This document shows, one piece after another, positions 41,638 to 49,196 of a stretch of 64,000 nt of DNA; the first letter of the stretch is position 1; each line of letters opens with the position of its first letter. Origin of the DNA: Bacteroidia bacterium (GTDB lineage Bacteria > Bacteroidota > Bacteroidia > Bacteroidales > VadinHA17). A program made the position numbers and the translations under genes. The stretch lies in NCBI GenBank assembly GCA_026391215.1, contig JAPLDX010000090.1, forward strand, positions 1-64,000. The letters run 5' to 3'. Under the pieces are notes generated by a model that saw only the letters and a list, made by a program, of their open reading frames with translations, searched no databases and had not been told where the DNA came from.

Positions 41638-41656
41638 TAATTTTGCAACCGATTGC
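41638..41656. promoter_or_regulatory. LacI-type operator overlapping the -7 box in the divergent corrinoid-operon/TolB-like promoter region
   Basis: GCAACCGATTGC (41645-41656) is the exact reverse complement of the 24791/26439 site. TAATTTTG occurs at 41638-41645 (+) and at 41578-41585 (-). Confidence 0.78.
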
Positions 41657-41743
41657 AATTATTTTTTTAAGATTTTTATACTGTAAGTTGATTATCTTTA
41701 TTACAATAGCATATATTTTACAAAAGGGTAAATTCTGTTATAT

Positions 41744-43267
41744 ATGAAATACTTTGTGATTTTGGCTTTAAGCTGTTTCTTCAGCCTTGCTTCCGCTCAG
41801 AACATGGATACAGGAATCTTTCAGAACAGTAAAGATATCGGGAATCCTAAGAATCCCGGTTCTGCACTCTATGATGCAGCAGACCAAACCTATACCCTGA
41901 AAGGTTCAGGCTATAACATATGGTTTGAGAGAGATGAATTCCACTTCCTCTATAATGAAATAAAAGGGGACTTTATCATGACTGCCAATTTTAAATTTAC
42001 AGGCGATGGCAGTAACCCACACAGAAAGACCGGATGGATGCTGCGTGCATCGACAAATGATGATTCGCCGCATATCTCGGCCGTCCTTCATGGTGACGGT
42101 CTGACAGTGATGCAATGGAGAGACTTCGCCGGAGCTCCAATGAAAGATCCCGAAGACGAGGTGTTTGCAAAAGGATCCGGCTATGAAATCATCCAGATAG
42201 AACGTGCCGGCAAGATTATTTTCATGAGGGCAGCACACCAGGGAGAGCCACTTGAAACAATCGGATCATACGAAATGATGAACCTTCCTGATGAGATTAT
42301 AGCAGGACCTTTCATCTGCTCCCATGATTCTGATATTGTTGAAGAAGCAACTATATGGAACGTCCGCATTGATAAACCTGTCGGAGATAACCTTAATCCC
42401 GGCAGAGAAGGTTCTTCCGGATGTCGTCTTGAAACGATGGATGTCTTTGACGGCAAGAGAACTATTATATTTGAGAAGGCAGGCAGGTTTGAAGCTCCAA
42501 ACTGGATGCCCGATGGCAAAAAGCTCCTTTTTAATATGGATGGACTGCTGTATAAAATACCGGTGACCGGAGGAGAAATTGAAAAGCTAAATACTGGTTT
42601 TGCCGACAGGAACAATAATGATCATGGCATTTCATTCAATGGTAAATTACTGGCTATCAGTCATCAGCGCGAAGGTTTGCCAGGAGGTGGCTCAACAGTT
42701 TATGTTCTTCCGCTTAAGGGAGGCACTCCCCGCATGGTAACTGAAAACACTCCCTCATACTGGCATGGATGGGCACCAAATAATAAAGAGGTGGTATATG
42801 TTGCCCAGCGGAATGGTAAAAATATCTATAACATTTACAGGAATTCAATAAAGGGAGGCAAAGAGGTTGCTCTTACCGACATCGGGCCCGGTGAGCATGT
42901 GGATGGATGTGAATATTCTCCTGACGGTAAATATATTTATTATAATGGCAGCCATACCGGGAACATGCAGATCTGGCGCATGAAACCTGACGGTACGGGC
43001 AGAGAACAGCTTACTTTCGATGAATATAGAAACTGGTTCCCCCATATTTCAACCGATGGCAAATGGATAGCTTTCATTTCATTCCCTCCTGATATAGAAA
43101 AAAACAGCCACCCTTCGTACAAACGGGTCATGCTCAGGCTGATGCCTGTGACAGGAGGTCAGCCAAAGGTTATTGCATATCTTTACGGCGGACAGGGAAC
43201 AATTAACGTTCCCTCCTGGTCCCCCGACAGCAGACATATTGCATTTGTCAGTAATTCAGGGAAATAG
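41744..43267 (+). CDS. TolB-like PD40/WD40 beta-propeller protein with N-terminal lectin-like beta-sandwich
   Basis: FEAPNWMPDGK, NNDHGISFNGK, SYWHGWAP, DGCEYSPDGK, NWFPHISTDGK, GTINVPSWSPDS repeats. Confidence 0.8.
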   Translation: MKYFVILALSCFFSLASAQNMDTGIFQNSKDIGNPKNPGSALYDAADQTYTLKGSGYNIWFERDEFHFLYNEIKGDFIMTANFKFTGDGSNPHRKTGWMLRASTNDDSPHISAVLHGDGLTVMQWRDFAGAPMKDPEDEVFAKGSGYEIIQIERAGKIIFMRAAHQGEPLETIGSYEMMNLPDEIIAGPFICSHDSDIVEEATIWNVRIDKPVGDNLNPGREGSSGCRLETMDVFDGKRTIIFEKAGRFEAPNWMPDGKKLLFNMDGLLYKIPVTGGEIEKLNTGFADRNNNDHGISFNGKLLAISHQREGLPGGGSTVYVLPLKGGTPRMVTENTPSYWHGWAPNNKEVVYVAQRNGKNIYNIYRNSIKGGKEVALTDIGPGEHVDGCEYSPDGKYIYYNGSHTGNMQIWRMKPDGTGREQLTFDEYRNWFPHISTDGKWIAFISFPPDIEKNSHPSYKRVMLRLMPVTGGQPKVIAYLYGGQGTINVPSWSPDSRHIAFVSNSGK

Positions 43268-43341
43268 ACAGCAGATAATCATATATTGAATAAAAACTTC
43301 GTGAATATAAAAAAAGAATTTACTTTGCTTCGGGTAAACTA

Positions 43342-44064
43342 TTGCTAATGATATTCTCAGGTCTCTATACAATTCTTACAGTACCCGTTTACGGAATACT
43401 ATATGTCTTTACTGCATTAGGGGTCCTTATGGCCATGTTTTTATCGATAATAAATGCCAAAAGACCGGTATTCTTCCTGTCACGGATATGGGCCAAATCG
43501 GTATTTCTCCTTATGGGAAAATCCATACATGTCACCGGCAGGGAGAATATAAATAAAAAAGATAAATACATACTGATAGCAAATCATGCCAGCCTTTTTG
43601 ATATAGTGGCAATTATGTCAGTTTACCCTGAGGTTTCATGGTTCGGACATGAACGTCTTTTAAAGGTACCGGTATTAAGCAGTTTCCTGAAAATGACAGA
43701 TTATGTTCCATTCAGGGATCCAACGGTCACAAACACACGCCATATGCTTGAACAGCTGATGGATAGAGCAAACAACAGGTCGGTGGCTTTGTTCCCGGAA
43801 GGCACAAGAACTACAAGTGGCAAGATCAATCCATTTTTCAGAGGCTTTATTTACTTATTCCGGTCCAGGGAAATAGGCCTATTGCCTGTCACTCTAAATG
43901 GTTTTTATGATTTCAAGCCAAAAACAAGGTTCTACATCAATTTCGGGAAAAGGCTTGAAGTGATAATCCATAAACCTATACCAAGGGAAGATCTTATAGA
44001 TAAAGATGACAACGAGATAGTTGAAACAGTTAAAACTGTAATAGAATCAGCATATCATAAATGA
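43342..44064 (+). CDS. Lysophospholipid acyltransferase (PlsC family)
   Basis: ANHASLFD (HX4D), LFPEGTRT. Confidence 0.88.
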   Translation: MLMIFSGLYTILTVPVYGILYVFTALGVLMAMFLSIINAKRPVFFLSRIWAKSVFLLMGKSIHVTGRENINKKDKYILIANHASLFDIVAIMSVYPEVSWFGHERLLKVPVLSSFLKMTDYVPFRDPTVTNTRHMLEQLMDRANNRSVALFPEGTRTTSGKINPFFRGFIYLFRSREIGLLPVTLNGFYDFKPKTRFYINFGKRLEVIIHKPIPREDLIDKDDNEIVETVKTVIESAYHK

Positions 44065-45011
44065 AAGAATCAAAACAAATGGCAGAAGAAAAAAAAGAAA
44101 AGTGGGTTTTTATAGTTAATCCGATAGCGGGAAATGGATTTGCTTTATCCTTCGTTCCTGTAATAGAGAAGAAGATAAAGGAATTTAATATTGACGCGGA
44201 AATCCTCATGACAGAAAGGCCGGGGCATGCTTCAGAGCTTTCAAAGAGTTCCGCAGAAAAAGGTGCCAGGTATATTATCGGGGTTGGCGGCGATGGAACG
44301 ATTAATGAAATCGCCAGGCCTCTTATAAATAATAAGGAAGTTATCGTCGGTATTGTTCCGGCCGGAACTGGCAATGATTATGGGCAGATACCCGGATTCC
44401 CAAACCGGTTCAATGATAATGACTGGGAGATATTTTTCAGGAAAAACATTATCTCCCAGGATGTGGGAATCGTAAATGGCACAATTTTTCTGAACGGACT
44501 GGGAATTGGCTTTGATGCCGAAGTTGCAGCCCAGAACTATACCGAAGGAGGTAAAGTCAAAAAAGGAGGGGGTGATAAATACATCTGGCATATTGTGAAA
44601 ACACTTCTGCTTTTCAGGGAAAAAAGGATGTTAGTCATAAGCAACGGGGAACGTCATGAAACCGAATGCTTTATGAATACAATTTCTATCGGAAGACGGT
44701 TTGCCGGCAGCTTTTTTTTAACCCCAAAAGCAATAGCCAATGATGGCTTGCTGGATGTCTGCTCAATTAAAAAATTAAATCTTTTTCACAGGTTCAGACT
44801 ATTGCTGATGGTCCCGAAGGGCAATCATATTACTGACAAAAGGGTTAATTATTTTCAAACTTCATCCATTGACCTTGAATTCCCCAAAGAGGTCCCATAT
44901 CATGTTGATGGTGAAATGTATTATGCCAGAATATTCAAAATCAGGATTATCAAGGGAGGACTTAATATAATTTACAATCCTGACGGCAACCATTTCTTTA
45001 AAAGGACCTGA
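44061..45011 (+). CDS. Diacylglycerol/sphingosine kinase family lipid kinase (YegS/DgkB-like)
   Basis: IVNPIAG, GGDGTINE, PAGTGND, GIGFDA, DGLLD, HVDGE. Confidence 0.9.
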   Translation: MKESKQMAEEKKEKWVFIVNPIAGNGFALSFVPVIEKKIKEFNIDAEILMTERPGHASELSKSSAEKGARYIIGVGGDGTINEIARPLINNKEVIVGIVPAGTGNDYGQIPGFPNRFNDNDWEIFFRKNIISQDVGIVNGTIFLNGLGIGFDAEVAAQNYTEGGKVKKGGGDKYIWHIVKTLLLFREKRMLVISNGERHETECFMNTISIGRRFAGSFFLTPKAIANDGLLDVCSIKKLNLFHRFRLLLMVPKGNHITDKRVNYFQTSSIDLEFPKEVPYHVDGEMYYARIFKIRIIKGGLNIIYNPDGNHFFKRT

Positions 45012-45012
45012 T

Positions 45013-45669
45013 GTGAACAGCTATATTGCTTTCTTTGACATGGACCGGACCATAACAAAAGCGGTCAGCGGCAATGTGCTTGCATTGACTGCATACAGGA
45101 AAGGGCTGATGTCAAATTCTGACATGCTTTATGCTATATGGCTTCTGTTAGGTTATAAGTTATCCTTTAAGGATCCTCAAAAGATAATATATGAGATGGC
45201 TGGATGGGTTAAGGGCATTCCCGAAAAGACATTGAATGACCTTTCTGTTGAAATCACACATAAAACTCTCCTGCCTGCTGTATATCCTGATGCTATTTCC
45301 GAAATCAGAATGCACTCTGAAAATAAGGCAAGGACAGTAATCCTTTCATCCTCTCCTGCTCCTGTCTGCCGTGAAATGTCAAAAGCACTGGGCATTGATG
45401 ATTTCGTTTGTTCTGAACTTGAAGTAGCAGACGGTGTTCTTACGGGACGCTCCCTGAGACCTCTCTGTTTCGGCTCCGAAAAAGTCATCAGGATGAAAGA
45501 GTATTGTGAAATAAATAACACTGATCCCGGCAAGTGCTGGTACTATGGAGATTCAATAGCCGATTTCCCGGCTCTATCTGTAGTCGGCCATCCGGTTTGT
45601 GTCAATCCCGACAGGAAACTGCTTATAAAAGCCAGGGAGAACAGATGGAAAATATGTTACTGGGAGTAA
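45013..45669 (+). CDS. HAD-IB family phosphatase
   Basis: AFFDMDRT, LSSS, K, YGDSIAD, VGHPVCVNPD. Confidence 0.88.
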   Translation: MNSYIAFFDMDRTITKAVSGNVLALTAYRKGLMSNSDMLYAIWLLLGYKLSFKDPQKIIYEMAGWVKGIPEKTLNDLSVEITHKTLLPAVYPDAISEIRMHSENKARTVILSSSPAPVCREMSKALGIDDFVCSELEVADGVLTGRSLRPLCFGSEKVIRMKEYCEINNTDPGKCWYYGDSIADFPALSVVGHPVCVNPDRKLLIKARENRWKICYWE

Positions 45670-45670
45670 A

Positions 45671-45830
45671 TACCCCCGGTCACACTAAAGTGTGACCTGC
45701 CCCCTAAAGGGGGCTTAATCTCTTGTATTACAGTGTATTAGATAATGGTTTATAGCCCCCCTGTAGGGGGGTCGGGTGGGTCGGGCTCAGGTGGGATTGG
45801 GGGGTCGGGCTCAGGTGGGATTGGGGGTCA
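45671..45830. repeat. REP-like double-hairpin element with a perfect 24-bp G-rich tandem duplication
   Basis: GGTCACACTAAAGTGTGACC, GCCCCCTAAAGGGGGC and CCCCCCTGTAGGGGGG hairpins; GGGTCGGGCTCAGGTGGGATTGGG twice (45778-45801, 45802-45825). Confidence 0.78.
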
Positions 45831-45892
45831 GACGAAATTGATTAATTTTGATAATTATACTGTTTGAAAAATCTATTTAAACCATATTACCT

Positions 45893-48004
45893 ATGAAAAA
45901 GTACTTTATTATTTTACCGGCGCTGATTATCCTTTGCGCATGCACTGGCGGCAACAAGGAAAAAATCACTTATCCTGTGACCCGGGCCGGCAACGTCGTT
46001 GATACCATTTTCGGAACTCCGGTTCCTGATCCGTACAGGTGGCTCGAGGATGACATTTCGGAAGAAACCGCTGCCTGGGTAAAGGAGCAGAACCTTGTCA
46101 CTTTCGGCTATCTGGAAAAGATCCCTTACAGGGAACAGATCAAAGAACGCCTGACAAAGATGTATAACTATGAAAAATACGGTATTCCTCATAAGGAAGA
46201 TGATTATACTTATTTTTCAAAAAATGACGGTCTTCAAAATCAGTATGTTATCTACCGGCAAAAAGAGGGAGCAGAACTTGAAGTTTTTCTCGATCCGAAT
46301 TCATTCTCTGCTGACGGTACGACATCCCTGGGTGAGATGGGTTTTTCAAAGGATGGAAGCCTCGTTGCCTGGTCAATTTCTGAAGGCGGATCAGACTGGC
46401 GCAAGATAATAGTGATGGATGCCCCTGCAAAAAAGATTATCGGGGATACACTAACCGATATCAAGTTCACCGGTATCTCCTGGCAGGGCAATGACGGATT
46501 TTACTATTCCAGCTACGACAAGCCAAAAGGGAGTGAACTCTCGGCAATGACAGATCACCATAAGCTCTATTATCATAAGCTGGGAACAAAACAATCTGAA
46601 GACAAGGTAGTATTCGGAGCTGATAAAGTAAGAAGATATGTCGGAGGCTATGTTACTGAAGATGAAAGGTATCTTGTCGTTACTGCTTCTGTATCCACAA
46701 CAGGAAATGAATTGTATATAAAGGATCTGACAAAGAAAAACAGTGATTTTCAAACTGTTGTGGGCAATTTTGACAGCGACAGCTATATTATTGACAACGA
46801 CGGATCAAAACTCTACATAGCTACAAATCTGAATGCACCAAATGCAAAGATCATAACTGTGGATGCTGCAAAACCCGGTACTGAAAACTGGGTCGATTTC
46901 ATTCCTGAAACAGAAAATGTGCTTAATCCATCGACCGGAGCCGGATTTTTCTTTGCCAGCTACCTTAAGGATGCCATTTCATATGTCAAACAATATGATA
47001 AAGCTGGTCAGTTTGTCCGCGACATCACACTACCGGGACCAGGAAGTGCCGACGGATTCAATGCGAAAAAGGAAGATACTGAAATCTATTATTCATTTAC
47101 AAATTATACCATCCCTTCGACAATCTATAAAATGAATCCACTCAGCGGAGATGCCGGGATTTACAAAAAACCTTCAGTAGCATTCAATGGTGATGATTAT
47201 GAATCAATCCAGGTTTTTTATGAATCAAAAGACGGAACACGTATCCCTATGATAATCACCTTCAGAAAAAACACTCCGCTTAATGGAAAGAATCCTGCTA
47301 TGCTATACGGTTACGGTGGATTTAATTCAAGCATGACACCAGGATTCAGCATTACCAATGCCTTATGGCTTGACATGGGAGGAATTTATGCAGTACCCAA
47401 TATCAGGGGAGGTGGCGAATACGGTGAAAAATGGCATCTCGCAGGAACAAAAATGAATAAGCAGAATGTGTACGATGATTTTATAGCTGCTGCTGAATAC
47501 CTTATTATTAATAAGTATACATCGCCTGATTTTCTGGTAGTAAGAGGCGGTTCAAACGGAGGACTGCTTGTTGGCGCAGTAATGACACAAAGACCTGAAC
47601 TTTTTAAAGTGGCTCTTCCGGCTGTCGGAGTTATGGACATGCTCAGGTATCATAAATTTACTGCCGGAGCAGGCTGGGCTTACGATTACGGAACTGCTGA
47701 CGAAAGCCCTGAAATGTTTAACTATATCCTGAAATACTCTCCTGTTCAAAATGTCAGGGAGGGCACTGAATACCCTGCTACTCTTGTAACAACAGGCGAT
47801 CATGATGACAGAGTAGTACCGGCACATTCATTCAAGTTTGCAGCCCATCTGCAGGCAAAACAGGCTGGTTCCGCTCCCGTCCTGATCCGGATCGAAACAA
47901 AAGCAGGACATAGTGCCGGCACCCCTGTAAGCAAAATCATTGAGCAGTATACCGATATCTACAGCTTCACACTCTGGAACATGGGGATAAAGGAGCTGAA
48001 ATGA
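45893..48004 (+). CDS. Prolyl oligopeptidase (S9A), lipoprotein
   Basis: DPYRWLED, YGYGGF, NIRGGGEYG, GGSNGGLL, DHDDRVVP, KAGH. Confidence 0.96.
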   Translation: MKKYFIILPALIILCACTGGNKEKITYPVTRAGNVVDTIFGTPVPDPYRWLEDDISEETAAWVKEQNLVTFGYLEKIPYREQIKERLTKMYNYEKYGIPHKEDDYTYFSKNDGLQNQYVIYRQKEGAELEVFLDPNSFSADGTTSLGEMGFSKDGSLVAWSISEGGSDWRKIIVMDAPAKKIIGDTLTDIKFTGISWQGNDGFYYSSYDKPKGSELSAMTDHHKLYYHKLGTKQSEDKVVFGADKVRRYVGGYVTEDERYLVVTASVSTTGNELYIKDLTKKNSDFQTVVGNFDSDSYIIDNDGSKLYIATNLNAPNAKIITVDAAKPGTENWVDFIPETENVLNPSTGAGFFFASYLKDAISYVKQYDKAGQFVRDITLPGPGSADGFNAKKEDTEIYYSFTNYTIPSTIYKMNPLSGDAGIYKKPSVAFNGDDYESIQVFYESKDGTRIPMIITFRKNTPLNGKNPAMLYGYGGFNSSMTPGFSITNALWLDMGGIYAVPNIRGGGEYGEKWHLAGTKMNKQNVYDDFIAAAEYLIINKYTSPDFLVVRGGSNGGLLVGAVMTQRPELFKVALPAVGVMDMLRYHKFTAGAGWAYDYGTADESPEMFNYILKYSPVQNVREGTEYPATLVTTGDHDDRVVPAHSFKFAAHLQAKQAGSAPVLIRIETKAGHSAGTPVSKIIEQYTDIYSFTLWNMGIKELK

Positions 48005-48014
48005 AACAACTATC

Positions 48015-49196
48015 ATGACAGATAAAATAATCCGAAGCGGGATTGCCGGTTCAGGTTATGCTGCAAGGTTTCATTATGATGCCCTGCAGCGGCTTTATTC
48101 TGTTAAAGTAAAAATAACCGGTGCATACTCCCCTACTTCTCAAAGACTTAAGCTGTTCACTGAAGAACGCCACCTGAAAGCTTTCAGCAATCTTGAGTCT
48201 CTGATTGATGAATCAGATGTCATTCATGTCTGTACTCCCCCTTCAGCCCATGAACCGATAGTAATTGAAGCTCTTAAGCAAAATAAACATGTTATCGTTG
48301 AAAAGCCTTTGACCGGATATTTCGGGGATGATAGCGATAATTTTAATGGAGATACTTTCCCGCGTGAGAAGGGACTTGAACAGGCTCTGTCCAGTGTAAA
48401 AAGAATGATTGGTGCAGAAAAGAAGAGCCGCGGAAAGATCATGTATGCTGAGAACTGGATATATGCCCCGGCCGTAATAAAGGAAAGCGACATCCTGCGG
48501 AAGACAAAAGCCCAGATCCTGTGGATGCACGGTGAGGAATCTCATTCCGGCTCACATTCATTAAATTACGGACAATGGAAATTCTCAGGAGGAGGTTCAA
48601 TGATCGGCAAGGGATGCCATCCCCTCACGGCAGCATTATATTTTAAACAGGTTGAAGGTAAGGCTCGTGATGGCAAGCCGGTAAGACCTGCAGCTGTATC
48701 AGCCCGTACTCATGCTGTTACCCGTATGCCGGGATATATGGATGAAGGTCATCTCAGAACTACCTATAAAGATATTGAAGACTTTGCAGCCATTCATATC
48801 ATTTTTGAAGACGGCACATTTGCTGATATTTTTGCCAGCGAGCTGGTGCTTGGAGGAGTACATAACTGGATAGAGGTAAACACCAATAACCACAGGACCA
48901 TCTGCAATATAAGCCCTAACGATGCTATGCAGAGCTATACTCCCGATGAGAAGCATTTTAAAGACGTTTATACTGTTGAAAAGACAGAAACAAAACAGGG
49001 ATGGTCGTCCGTCTCTCCTGATGAAAGCTGGTTTACGGGTTATCAGCACGAGATGGAGGCTTTTTACCGTTCTGCTGCTTTCGGTGAAGCAGTTGAAAGC
49101 AACAGCAGTTTAGCAGCTGATGCAATAGCAACTATTTATGCAGGTTACCTGTCGGCTGAAAGAAAAGGATCAGAGGTACCAGTTACACTACTTTAA
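48015..49196 (+). CDS. Gfo/Idh/MocA family oxidoreductase (cytoplasmic)
   Basis: GIAGSGYAA, CTPPSAH, HVIVEKPL, YAENW, GGGSMIGKGCH. Confidence 0.88.
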   Translation: MTDKIIRSGIAGSGYAARFHYDALQRLYSVKVKITGAYSPTSQRLKLFTEERHLKAFSNLESLIDESDVIHVCTPPSAHEPIVIEALKQNKHVIVEKPLTGYFGDDSDNFNGDTFPREKGLEQALSSVKRMIGAEKKSRGKIMYAENWIYAPAVIKESDILRKTKAQILWMHGEESHSGSHSLNYGQWKFSGGGSMIGKGCHPLTAALYFKQVEGKARDGKPVRPAAVSARTHAVTRMPGYMDEGHLRTTYKDIEDFAAIHIIFEDGTFADIFASELVLGGVHNWIEVNTNNHRTICNISPNDAMQSYTPDEKHFKDVYTVEKTETKQGWSSVSPDESWFTGYQHEMEAFYRSAAFGEAVESNSSLAADAIATIYAGYLSAERKGSEVPVTLL

